Assembly: GCA_964513845.1 (NCBI GenBank) | Contig: CAZENT010000001.1 | Location: 149,278-213,277 of the forward strand | Length of the DNA stretch: 64,000 nucleotides | Direction: 5' to 3' | Origin: an uncultured Pseudomonadales bacterium | GTDB lineage: Bacteria; Patescibacteriota; Microgenomatia; UBA1400; MFAQ01 | Part shown: positions 28,347 to 39,014 of the stretch, piece after piece | Layout: each line of letters opens with the position of its first letter | Numbering within the stretch: the stretch's first letter is position 1 | The notes under the pieces: generated by a model | Databases searched by the model: none | Seen by the model: only the letters and a program-made list of their open reading frames with translations | Told to the model about the DNA's origin: nothing | Program-made: the position numbers and the translations under genes

Positions 28347-29324
28347 CTATTTCAGTTTAGCATTTTTGAGGACTTCCAGCACTGGATGAGTGCCTGTGGC
28401 CAAGAAATCAAGCATAGCGCCGCCTCCTGTACTCACAAAGTTGAAGTCTTCATAGGAGAAGCCGAGTGCTGAGATGGCAGAAAGAGTGTCTCCACCACCA
28501 ACCACGGAAAAGGCATTGGAGTCGATAATAGCCTGAAAAACGGCCTTCGTAGCCTTGTCGTGAGTTGAGTCTTCGTACATGCCTAGTGGACCATTAAGGA
28601 TAATAGTTTTGGCTTGATTAATCTCGCGTAAAAAGAGAGCGATAGTGTTTTCATTTAGATCAAGGCCGTCAAGAGTTCGGTCTTCTGCCTTGGCAAATAA
28701 GCCTCCAAGAAGGGTTTTGTCGAACTTGGTGGCTATTTGATTGATGATTTCGAGCTTGTCTAGCTTCGCTCCCGAGGCTAAAAGAAGAGTGGGATGAAGG
28801 GGATTGATTAGCACTTTTTTGAGGGTCTCGATCTCCAAATCGAACCTGAATCCGGTCACAGTTGGTAAAACTTCGGGTATAAGGCTTAAACTGGTCGATT
28901 CGTGGTAATTTGCGAATGATTCGTAAATGTAGATATCAGCCCCTTGAGCCAAATCCTCCGCGTATCCCCTATCTATTTTTTCTTCACGAGAGTCAAAGCG
29001 CAAGTTTTCCATCATGACTAGGGGGAGTTCCCCTGTCCAGCCCTCCCCTGGAGAAAAACCCGAAGGAAGGAGTAAAATATCTTGATTTAGCAATCTTTTT
29101 AGACTATCTCTAGCTGGAGCCAGGCTCAAAGAGGGAGTCTCCCCTTCTGGTCGGCCAAGATGGCCAATAATTTTGGTTTTTTTGGCGTGTTCGAGACAGA
29201 ATTGTATTGTTGGAAGAAGCGTCTGGAGACGATAGTCGTTCTCAACCTCGCCCTCTTTGAGGGTCACGTCGAGATCAGCTCGAAGTAAAACGTTTTTATT
29301 TTGAATCAGTTCTTTGGTTAACAT
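28347..29324 (-). CDS. pgk: Phosphoglycerate kinase (short, 325 aa)
   Basis: LLRADLDV, HLGRPEGE, and the GGGDTLSAI (GGGAS-type) C-terminal motif. Confidence 0.8.
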   Translation of the reverse strand: MLTKELIQNKNVLLRADLDVTLKEGEVENDYRLQTLLPTIQFCLEHAKKTKIIGHLGRPEGETPSLSLAPARDSLKRLLNQDILLLPSGFSPGEGWTGELPLVMMENLRFDSREEKIDRGYAEDLAQGADIYIYESFANYHESTSLSLIPEVLPTVTGFRFDLEIETLKKVLINPLHPTLLLASGAKLDKLEIINQIATKFDKTLLGGLFAKAEDRTLDGLDLNENTIALFLREINQAKTIILNGPLGMYEDSTHDKATKAVFQAIIDSNAFSVVGGGDTLSAISALGFSYEDFNFVSTGGGAMLDFLATGTHPVLEVLKNAKLK

Positions 29325-29431
29325 AGATAGATTAAGGATATACCAAATTGAGGGTTATAGGTTTGACTTTGGGTATTTGATATGGTATGATACTGTTCGC
29401 TTGAGAAATTCAAGCATTTTTTGTACTTAAT

Positions 29432-29446
29432 GCGGGATATTCCCGC
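29432..29446. promoter_or_regulatory. Perfect palindrome GCGGGA-TAT-TCCCGC just upstream of the M23 peptidase start (candidate operator)
   Basis: 6-bp arms with a 3-nt spacer, 68 nt upstream of ATG 29514, embedded in an AT-rich promoter-like context. Confidence 0.3.
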
Positions 29447-29513
29447 GTTTATGATACTAAACATAATACCAAAAACCAGAACATCAAACCCGATCTCTAA
29501 ACTTATCAGACCG

Positions 29514-30047
29514 ATGTTCGAAGGAAAAACTATTAAGGCCGCCTTGGGTGGAGTCATTTCAATGACCTCCCTGGCTTCCGGATTAGTTTTCCTACCAATA
29601 GACCAGACAGTGGTCGCCGCTAATATACAAACTCTTAATACCGAGATTCCTGTCGAAACTCGTAAGAGTTATGCAAACGTACTCCCCGCTTACACGGGTA
29701 TTTCTCAGGGATTCCATTATGGACACCCTGGAATTGACCTTACAGCTCCTTTGGGATCAAAAATATTTCCCATTAAAGATGGAGTTGTTATTAAGGTTCA
29801 GTACCTTAGATATGACTATGGTCGTGCTGTGTGGATTGATAACGGAAACGGAACAATCTCACTATATGGACACATGGGTAAAATTTTTGTCAACGAAGGA
29901 GATACCGTTACAGCTGATAAGCCTATTGGAGAAGTTGGATTGACCGGAAAAACTACCGGACCTCATCTTCACCTTGAGGTGATCAAAAACGAGAAGAATA
30001 TCAACCCTCAGCCTTATTTGGCTTTGGGTGCGGTGAATAAGAGATAA
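29514..30047 (+). CDS. M23-family zinc metallopeptidase (peptidoglycan endopeptidase)
   Basis: HYGHPGIDLTA (HxxxD) and GPHLHLEV (HxH) motifs with a signal-anchor N-terminus. The ATG at 29514 is preferred over the track start at 29421. Confidence 0.8.
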   Translation: MFEGKTIKAALGGVISMTSLASGLVFLPIDQTVVAANIQTLNTEIPVETRKSYANVLPAYTGISQGFHYGHPGIDLTAPLGSKIFPIKDGVVIKVQYLRYDYGRAVWIDNGNGTISLYGHMGKIFVNEGDTVTADKPIGEVGLTGKTTGPHLHLEVIKNEKNINPQPYLALGAVNKR

Positions 30048-30190
30048 ATAGAGTTTCCAACAGAATTGCACAATACTTTGATTGATTTATCAATCATTTA
30101 TCTTGTGTGGATAACTCAATTATTTTGTGGAAATCTGTTTTTAGTCGACTCTATTATTGTTATTATTAAAACTTATTAAGCATAAAAAAA

Positions 30191-30212
30191 GACCCCGTGA
30201 GGGGTCTTTTTT
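30191..30212. terminator. Bidirectional intrinsic terminator (GACCCC-GTGA-GGGGTC, A-run/T-run flanks) between M23 and groEL
   Basis: 6-bp GC-rich stem, 4-nt loop, AAAAAAA upstream and TTTTTT downstream. Confidence 0.7.
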
Positions 30213-30257
30213 GTTGCTATTTTCGGAGTTATCCGCCAGAGGCGGATGATAAGTACA

Positions 30258-32188
<1,931 letters not shown>

Positions 32189-32357
32189 ACTTGAAAATTA
32201 TTAATTGATAATGACTGAGACACGAGTATAACAGTTGTGAAGCTATTTTTTTATAAGTAAGAGCTTACTCCGCCTCCTTTCAATAATAATTATTATTGAA
32301 ATGTCGCTGTGCGTTTCCTCTTATATTCGCTTGTAACTTCGTTACAATGCTTGAATA

Positions 32358-32382
32358 TAGCACTCATGACCCATGAGTGCTA
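32358..32382. promoter_or_regulatory. CIRCE operator (HrcA binding site) upstream of groES: TAGCACTC-N9-GAGTGCTA
   Basis: Matches the CIRCE consensus TTAGCACTC-N9-GAGTGCTAA in 8 of 9 positions per arm. Confidence 0.75.
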
Positions 32383-32426
32383 TTTTTATATAAATGAAAC
32401 CCCTTTGTCAAGACCTAGAAAATCAG

Positions 32427-33347
32427 TTAGTTGCCAGTAAAAATATTCCAAGTGGAAGTTTTCCATTTATTACCTTCTCTGACAAACGATATTGATGTCA
32501 GTTTTCCATTAGGATCATTTTCTATATAAAATTTAATATCAAATTTAACTGGTTCAGTGTTGTAGAAATCTTCCTCTTCTTTCGCAGAATGGTATTCATT
32601 CAAAACTTCGAATGTTTTATATTGCGTATAGACAGTTCCTGGCCAGTCAATATTTTCAACTTGTTTTTGGGCAGATACTGTTAAAAATGACATTGCCTTA
32701 TTTCGATCATTGTTGATAATGCTTTCTGAGTAACCCTGAATAGCCTCACGTAATTGTGTCTTGTTGCTTGGTTGCGGAGATAAACTTATGTCTGCAAATT
32801 TGAAGGTGGAAATAAATTGAGTAAAGGTGGGTAAATCTAAACTCCCAACACCACAACCCGGTCCAAGACATTGAGAATAAGCAACCAACAAGTATTTGTT
32901 GTTGGATAAATTAAATTCTCTTTGCGTTTCAAACGTATTTCCTTTTGGCTTTCCTTCAAAGATTGTTCCTGTAACAATCTCCCCTAATTTAAGTGTAAAT
33001 TGAAATTCCTTGTCCTTTGATCTTGGATCAACCTCAAGTGTCCACATGTTGGGGTACTTGAAACTATAGCCATAGGTTGTATTTGTATAAGTTTTCCAGT
33101 CCGCAGTTACGTCGATGGTGGGGGTGGGAGTTTCAAGGCCAACAGAGGTAATGGCAACAGTTGGAGTTGGGGTAGCGATGGCTGTTGAACTTTCTGTCAT
33201 GGGGACAAATCGAGAGGCAAGAACACCAATGAGGATACCAAAAAGAATTAAGGCAATAACAATTAAAAAGGTTTTTAGAAAGCCTGATTTTTTAGACGAT
33301 AAGGGTGCTGCTGGTGCGGGAGGAAGTAATGGGGGTTGAGACTCCAT
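32427..33347 (-). CDS. Membrane-anchored protein with a Pro/Thr-rich linker and a C-terminal globular domain (hypothetical)
   Basis: TM helix FLKTFLIVIALILFGILIGVLA and a TPTPT linker. The track start at 33701 overlaps the upstream ATPase gene by 410 nt in another frame, so the start is uncertain; M119 at 33347 is one candidate. Confidence 0.4.
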   Translation of the reverse strand: MESQPPLLPPAPAAPLSSKKSGFLKTFLIVIALILFGILIGVLASRFVPMTESSTAIATPTPTVAITSVGLETPTPTIDVTADWKTYTNTTYGYSFKYPNMWTLEVDPRSKDKEFQFTLKLGEIVTGTIFEGKPKGNTFETQREFNLSNNKYLLVAYSQCLGPGCGVGSLDLPTFTQFISTFKFADISLSPQPSNKTQLREAIQGYSESIINNDRNKAMSFLTVSAQKQVENIDWPGTVYTQYKTFEVLNEYHSAKEEEDFYNTEPVKFDIKFYIENDPNGKLTSISFVREGNKWKTSTWNIFTGN

Positions 33348-36300
33348 CTGTGTCGTTACTGGGGTTGTCGTTTCCAGTTGGGATATTTCCTCCAGGGGCG
33401 GGTTCATCTTTGATTGTGGCAGGAAGACTGGCTCCGGGTTCATCGACTGGGGCTGGGAGGGAAACTCCTCTATCGGGGATAGAGAGGGATGAGTCTGGTC
33501 GGCTGACCAGTTCTCCGGCGGAGTGATCGTCTGGTTTGATGGTGCGGGAGGAAGAGTCAGATCCTGTGTTTGAAGAGAATCTTGAGGAAGACTGTCTTGA
33601 GGATCCGGTGTCTGATTTGGGTTCATTTTGGTTGTGGTGATTAATAACTTTTGTTTCTGATGCAAGAATGCCCTTTGTTTTAAGAATCTCAAGGGCAGCA
33701 CTGGTAATTCTTAACTTGCCTCCCTGGGACGAGGATTTGGCTAGCTCAAGAGCCTCAGTGAAACTTACCCATTTGAAATCATTATATTCTTCATCTGAAG
33801 GGAACTTCAAACTACTTGATGAGGAGGTGGCATAGAGAAAATAATAGGTTTTCCCCTTCATGGTGACAGAAACACCGGAGTCGGTTTTTAGATCTTTAAG
33901 TCCTTGTTTGTCTGGTGGAAACTCAATACGATCGACAGACACAAAAGTAGGCTTGAAACTGGTTTGTTTGACAAAATCTTGTCCTAGCTCTTCTGTCATT
34001 TCGCGTTTGAAAGCGTCCGTAAGAGTCTCTTTGTTGTCTACTCCCCCTTGAGGAAGCTGCCATAGATTGTGAATTTTGTGATAAACGAAAAGAATTTTGC
34101 CGGAATTTATGAAACAACCAACTACGCTGGGACGGAAACCTTCTTGACGGTCTTTGTCTAGATCTTCCACGTTTGGCTCTTTTGAGGCGTTGGTCGGAGA
34201 TTGCCGCGTCGCTTCGCTTCTCGCAATGACGGGAGTTGGTTGAGATACTGTTGAAGCGGGTTGATTGCTTGGCGAGGATTGCCGCGTCGGAGTATCTTCT
34301 CTTTTCTGAGATGGACTGGTGTGCGATGCCGTGGTTGAGGCAGATAATGAGGGGACCTGAGAAGGGTTTTGAGTACGAGTATCAGTTTGTGCAGGAAATG
34401 ATTGAGGCGTATACGGTTTGGGGGATGATTGTTGAGGGCGATATGGCGTAGCTTGGGAATACGATCGATCTTCACCCCGAGGTCCTTGAGGCTTAGATGA
34501 TGATCGATAGTCTTGTTTGGGAGGAGGTGCGCTGGGAGAATAGACTGAGGCTTGCGTCATGTCGAGAGCTTCGGTTTTGCGGTAGTACTGCTCTTCGCTC
34601 ATGGCGATAATTTTTTCGCGATTGCCATTTTTGTTTTCTGGGAGAGGGAGGGTGGTGGCAGCAAAAGGATTAGAAATGGAAGCGTTGACGGAAATTTTGA
34701 CGATGATTTGATATCTAGCTAACCCAACAAGATCATCTTGGGTATAAAAATTACCGAGCTCGTTCATCAGACGATTAGCATCGGCGGCGCCAACAACAAA
34801 ACTAATGAGGGTACCGGCGTTTCCAAAAATAGCATCTTGAATTTCTATGGGAAGCTGAGCGGTGTACTGGTTAGCAAGAATCAGGTTCAAACGATACTTA
34901 CGAGCCTCGGAGAGAATTTTGATAAAGGATGTGGTGGCAAAGTTCTGGAACTCATCAACATAAAGAAAGAAGTCTTTTCTTTCGCTTTCGGCCATGTTGG
35001 CACGATTCATGGCAGCAATTTGAATTTGAGAGATAAACATGGCACCCAGAAGAGCGGCGTTGTCTTCTCCAATTTTGCCCTGAGGTAGATTGAGGATGAT
35101 GATTTTGCCGCTATTCATCAAGTCTTCAAAATCAACCGTGGACTTGGGATGACTAATGATGTCACGAATTGTGGGTGAAGTGATGAATTGACCAACTTTG
35201 TTTAGAATAGGAGAAATAGCTTCGGACTGGAATTTTTCGGAATATTTGTCGTATTCATCGTGCCAGAAATTGTGAAGCACTGGATCTTGAACTGCGGCAA
35301 GATATTCTTCGCGCCAAGGTTTGTTGGTGAGAAGTCTGGGAACATCTAGAAGAGTGGCACCAGGCTTGGCTACCAAAGTGAGAAGGGTGTTTCTGAGAAT
35401 GTATTCCAAACGAGGACCCCAGGAGTTGCCGTAGAGTTTACTGAAAATGGACACGATACCGGAAGCAACTAGCTCGGCATAGGCTTGGTTTTTGACGTAA
35501 AGAGGGTTCAGGTGAAATGATTTACCAACAACAGAAGGATCAAGATAAGCAACGTCGTTAATTCTGTCTGCTGGGATGTAATCAAGAAGATGTTCGGCCG
35601 TGTCGCCGTGAGGATCAACGAGAGCCATGCCCTCTCCATGACGAATGTCACTAATAGCCATGTTGGCCAAAAGAGTGGATTTACCGGTACCGGATTTACC
35701 CAAAACGTAAACGTGACGACGGCGATCTTCCCCTTTTTTCATGCCAAAAGAAACCATGCGATTTTTGTATTCGGTTTTGGCAAAGAAATTAATTTCGTGC
35801 TTTTCTTCTTCAGACATGTCTTCGGCAATGGGAAGATTGGCTGGCGGTTCTCCACGCAGAGTTTTACCCCAAGCAATACCTTTGATGTTGGCAAGATTAA
35901 AGCCCGGAAGATGATAGATGGCGGCAATTTCGGCGTAGTTTAGATATTGATATTGATTTGAGTAACGAGCGGAACGATCAATGATCATTTCACGAAGTTT
36001 TTTGAGTGAGGTAGGGCTAACAACCTTGAGTCTAAAACTGTTGCCTTCAGACAAAGAATAGGTACCAAAGGCGGCCGAAATTTGAGAGATAAGCTGATTT
36101 GAAGAGGTAACGCTTGAGGAAACAGCAACCAGACGAATATCACAACCAAAAGCTTGATAAACGAGTTTCTTTTCAATAAAAGGCTTTTGGGTACTGGGCT
36201 GAGCCTTTACGCCCTCAGCGACAGGAGCGGGTTCTAATGACTTTCGAAGGGCTTTTTGCCAGTTTACTGGAGCAGCAAATAGACAGATTTGGATGACTGC

Positions 36301-36735
36301 AGCTTGGCCAGATGGAATCCTGGAAAGGCTACCCAAAATAGCGGTCATTTGATCAACTTTCTCGTCTTCAGTAACATTTATAGGAAGAGATGAGGGTGCA
36401 GAAAGAACCAACTGACCCATCTGAGGCTCTCCATGATTAAGCCAGTCGGCAAGATAATCCTTCATGGGGGTAATGAGAGCTGTGGGGTACTGAGCGGCAA
36501 TTTGAGAACGAACTAGATGCTCCAGACGCTCTGGACAAGCGATTACAAAATAGGTTGTTTGGTTGAGATTAGCTATCTCAAGAGTAATAGTTTCGTAGGT
36601 ATTGAGGAGCCTATCCATAAAACTAGCCTTGAGAGAAGACTTAATTGAAGCTAAAAACTCGACAAAAGCAGCTTGGCCCGTGAGCGAGTCTTTGGCAGGA
36701 CGAATCTGCAGTACCGAATATTTGGGCAAGGCCAT
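33292..36735 (-). CDS. FtsK/HerA/VirD4-superfamily P-loop ATPase (DUF87/TrwB-like) fused via a ~130-aa disordered linker to a canonical NUDIX hydrolase domain
   Basis: Walker A VYVLGKSGTGKSTLL plus ALVDPHGD; Walker B FFLYVDEFQNFAT; coupling-protein-like ARKYRLNLILANQYTAQL. S/P/Q/T-rich linker. Nudix box GGVDNKETLTDAFKREMTEELGQ (G-x5-E-x7-REUxEExGU). S-rich C-terminal tail. Confidence 0.75.
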   Translation of the reverse strand: MALPKYSVLQIRPAKDSLTGQAAFVEFLASIKSSLKASFMDRLLNTYETITLEIANLNQTTYFVIACPERLEHLVRSQIAAQYPTALITPMKDYLADWLNHGEPQMGQLVLSAPSSLPINVTEDEKVDQMTAILGSLSRIPSGQAAVIQICLFAAPVNWQKALRKSLEPAPVAEGVKAQPSTQKPFIEKKLVYQAFGCDIRLVAVSSSVTSSNQLISQISAAFGTYSLSEGNSFRLKVVSPTSLKKLREMIIDRSARYSNQYQYLNYAEIAAIYHLPGFNLANIKGIAWGKTLRGEPPANLPIAEDMSEEEKHEINFFAKTEYKNRMVSFGMKKGEDRRRHVYVLGKSGTGKSTLLANMAISDIRHGEGMALVDPHGDTAEHLLDYIPADRINDVAYLDPSVVGKSFHLNPLYVKNQAYAELVASGIVSIFSKLYGNSWGPRLEYILRNTLLTLVAKPGATLLDVPRLLTNKPWREEYLAAVQDPVLHNFWHDEYDKYSEKFQSEAISPILNKVGQFITSPTIRDIISHPKSTVDFEDLMNSGKIIILNLPQGKIGEDNAALLGAMFISQIQIAAMNRANMAESERKDFFLYVDEFQNFATTSFIKILSEARKYRLNLILANQYTAQLPIEIQDAIFGNAGTLISFVVGAADANRLMNELGNFYTQDDLVGLARYQIIVKISVNASISNPFAATTLPLPENKNGNREKIIAMSEEQYYRKTEALDMTQASVYSPSAPPPKQDYRSSSKPQGPRGEDRSYSQATPYRPQQSSPKPYTPQSFPAQTDTRTQNPSQVPSLSASTTASHTSPSQKREDTPTRQSSPSNQPASTVSQPTPVIARSEATRQSPTNASKEPNVEDLDKDRQEGFRPSVVGCFINSGKILFVYHKIHNLWQLPQGGVDNKETLTDAFKREMTEELGQDFVKQTSFKPTFVSVDRIEFPPDKQGLKDLKTDSGVSVTMKGKTYYFLYATSSSSSLKFPSDEEYNDFKWVSFTEALELAKSSSQGGKLRITSAALEILKTKGILASETKVINHHNQNEPKSDTGSSRQSSSRFSSNTGSDSSSRTIKPDDHSAGELVSRPDSSLSIPDRGVSLPAPVDEPGASLPATIKDEPAPGGNIPTGNDNPSNDTDGVSTPITSSRTSSTLIV

Positions 36736-36754
36736 AGTACTAGTATATACAAAA

Positions 36755-37366
36755 CTAGATCGAAGCGGGAGCGGAAACGATGGTTTGGACCGGCTGTTTG
36801 GAGCCTGAATCGACTATCTTTATCTCGGAGAAAAGAACGTTTTCGATAATGAGACCTTTGTCGGCAAAGAGCTTGTTGAGCTCATCTTTAAGAGCGTTTT
36901 CGATTTTTGAGCGTTCGGCACCTATTTCGTCTGATTTGTATTGGCTAAAGCTGGATGAAATACGACTTCGAGAGTAAGGGCGAACAACTTTGGATATAAA
37001 GTTGTCTCCAATATTTTCCCAGAGCTCAGGAGCATTGGCTTTATCGAGCTTAAAAAGAATGGAGCCTTCGATGGAGATAGTTTTGTTGTCTTTGGTCATG
37101 GCAACAATAGGCTCATCCCCTAGTGACTCTTTTTGAGAAAGATCAAAGCCGTGACGGATGGTGTACTCAAGAATTTGAGCGTTGAAAAGTTTGGCAATCT
37201 GCCAAAAAGGGATTTTGAGGTGAAGTCCAGGTCCCCAGACACGCTTGAGAACACCTAAACCACGATCATAAACACAGGCAACATGTCCTGGAGGAACGGA
37301 TATAAAAAAACCGCCGACGATTTCGTCAACGAGGAAGGATACAACCAATTTATCAAAGTCTGCCAT
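36755..37366 (-). CDS. SPFH/band-7 (stomatin/prohibitin/HflC-like) domain protein
   Basis: VPPGHVACVYDRGLGVLKRVWGPGLHLKIPFWQ is typical of the SPFH N-terminus. Confidence 0.65.
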   Translation of the reverse strand: MADFDKLVVSFLVDEIVGGFFISVPPGHVACVYDRGLGVLKRVWGPGLHLKIPFWQIAKLFNAQILEYTIRHGFDLSQKESLGDEPIVAMTKDNKTISIEGSILFKLDKANAPELWENIGDNFISKVVRPYSRSRISSSFSQYKSDEIGAERSKIENALKDELNKLFADKGLIIENVLFSEIKIVDSGSKQPVQTIVSAPASI

Positions 37367-37377
37367 AGCTTCTTATA

Positions 37378-38184
37378 TTATATCGTCTTTTCAGGTGAAG
37401 TTGGGGTTGGCATGGGTGGAAGAGGTGTGTCTGAGGCTGGTTGGACTTCGGTGACTGGCTCGGGGGCGGCTTTTTTGGTGAAGGAGTAATAAAGATAGAG
37501 TGCTTGTTTGATAAGGCGAACCACCATGGTGAATGCGAGGGAGGTGATGATGTAGACTTTTTTGCCTGCCGGAAGGAACATAAAAATGACAAAACAGATG
37601 ATAGGAAAAATGATAACCAGAGAAACGAAGTCTTTTTGGCTCGGCTTGACTGGAGAAAAATATAGGTGCATGGCTTCGTTGGCGGCAATCATTAAACTCT
37701 GAATGATATTCAGGGAGTTGTTGGTGCGAGATAGGTCATAAATCCCAAGGAACATAAGATCGATGGGGGTTTGAATCTTAGGCATAAATTTATAGATCAG
37801 ATGAAGATCGGCACCCTCAAGACCGGTGGTAAAAATACGATAGAGCATGACGATAACGAGAGCCTGGAAAATAACGTTAAAAATCTCCGACAAAATAGCT
37901 CCCGGTTTTTGACGCATGATTCGGTTTGTCTCCGACTTGAGCTTGATGGGATCAGAGGCGAGCTCAGTTTTAAGTTGTTTGATTTGTTGGGAAATTTTGT
38001 ATTTGTCTTCGTCGGAGCGATCACCGATGGCATCGATGGGTAGAAAAATAATACGAACAGCTACGGCGAACAAAATCATGGCGATACCCATGTCCGGATT
38101 AGGAAAAATCTGACCAACTAACCAGTAAATACCAACGAGTAGATTAAAAAATGGTTGATAAAAATAAGTGGTAAAAATATCCAT
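37378..38184 (-). CDS. YidC/Oxa1-family membrane insertase (second, divergent paralog)
   Basis: GIAMILFAVAVRIIFLPI (the conserved TM2 R) and five TMs with a C-terminal Pro-rich tail. The canonical yidC is at 52106-52858. Confidence 0.6.
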   Translation of the reverse strand: MDIFTTYFYQPFFNLLVGIYWLVGQIFPNPDMGIAMILFAVAVRIIFLPIDAIGDRSDEDKYKISQQIKQLKTELASDPIKLKSETNRIMRQKPGAILSEIFNVIFQALVIVMLYRIFTTGLEGADLHLIYKFMPKIQTPIDLMFLGIYDLSRTNNSLNIIQSLMIAANEAMHLYFSPVKPSQKDFVSLVIIFPIICFVIFMFLPAGKKVYIITSLAFTMVVRLIKQALYLYYSFTKKAAPEPVTEVQPASDTPLPPMPTPTSPEKTI

Positions 38185-38195
38185 GACTGGAGTAA

Positions 38196-39011
38196 TTATA
38201 GCGAGTTATGGTCAAGATGCTGAGTTAATACTTGAGAAAGGTCTTTTTTATGAAAGAAGGCTGAGTGAATAGAAACAACTTCGGTGGTTTTTTTGGGGAG
38301 CATGTAGAGATACTGAAGAATATACAGAAAAAAATTTAAGGGAGCAAAAAATAGACATAGTTTTTCTGATTTTTTTTGAGAAATCCCCTTTCTAGATATT
38401 TCTTGGTATGCGTTGGCAAGGTATCGAGAGGTCCAACAATTTTGTTTGATAAACCTAGCATGAGTATCTCCCCTGTCGAACAAAGGAAGTGTTTGAAGCA
38501 CTTCGTGAGCAGTGTAGAGATTGCGACGAGTTTGAGGAACAGAAAGTGAAGCAGTATCTAACCAGAGATTGGGGCAAAAAGAATTCGTTTCTTTGGGAGT
38601 GATATCCCCCGGATGACGGCGATTAAACTTAAGTGACAAAAAGAGAAGGAAAAAGGGCCGGGTTAACCAAAGAGTATTTTGGGAGGTGACAATTAGTAAG
38701 TCCAGATCGTCGTTTTTGTGGCTGTTGTTGGCGGAAACAGATCCGGTAAGGGCAATTAATTTTATCGAAGGAAAAAGCCAGGCATATTTAAGAAGTTTTT
38801 GAGCGTAAAAAATTTTTTTGAGGGTAGTCTTATTAAGTGTTTCTCTGAGTTTGGTGTCTTTTGAAGAAAGTGGGTGGAGATATTTTTTTACTGACGAAGG
38901 AGAAATTGGACGAGAGGTAATTAGCCAGTAATGGACTTCTTGTGGCGAAAGAGGGAAATGAAAAAAAGCCGAGTAGGCAATGGTCTTGGCTACGGAGTTG
39001 GCAAGATTCAT
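38196..39011 (-). CDS. Pol-beta-superfamily nucleotidyltransferase-like protein (GS...DDLDLL), possibly with a C-terminal HEPN-like R-x5-H
   Basis: LTGSVSANNSHKNDDLDLLIV is the minimal NTase signature (hG[GS] ... [DE]h[DE]h). RRNLYTAH in the C-terminal half fits Rx4-6H, but that could be chance. Confidence 0.4.
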   Translation of the reverse strand: MNLANSVAKTIAYSAFFHFPLSPQEVHYWLITSRPISPSSVKKYLHPLSSKDTKLRETLNKTTLKKIFYAQKLLKYAWLFPSIKLIALTGSVSANNSHKNDDLDLLIVTSQNTLWLTRPFFLLFLSLKFNRRHPGDITPKETNSFCPNLWLDTASLSVPQTRRNLYTAHEVLQTLPLFDRGDTHARFIKQNCWTSRYLANAYQEISRKGISQKKSEKLCLFFAPLNFFLYILQYLYMLPKKTTEVVSIHSAFFHKKDLSQVLTQHLDHNSL

Positions 39012-39014
39012 GTC

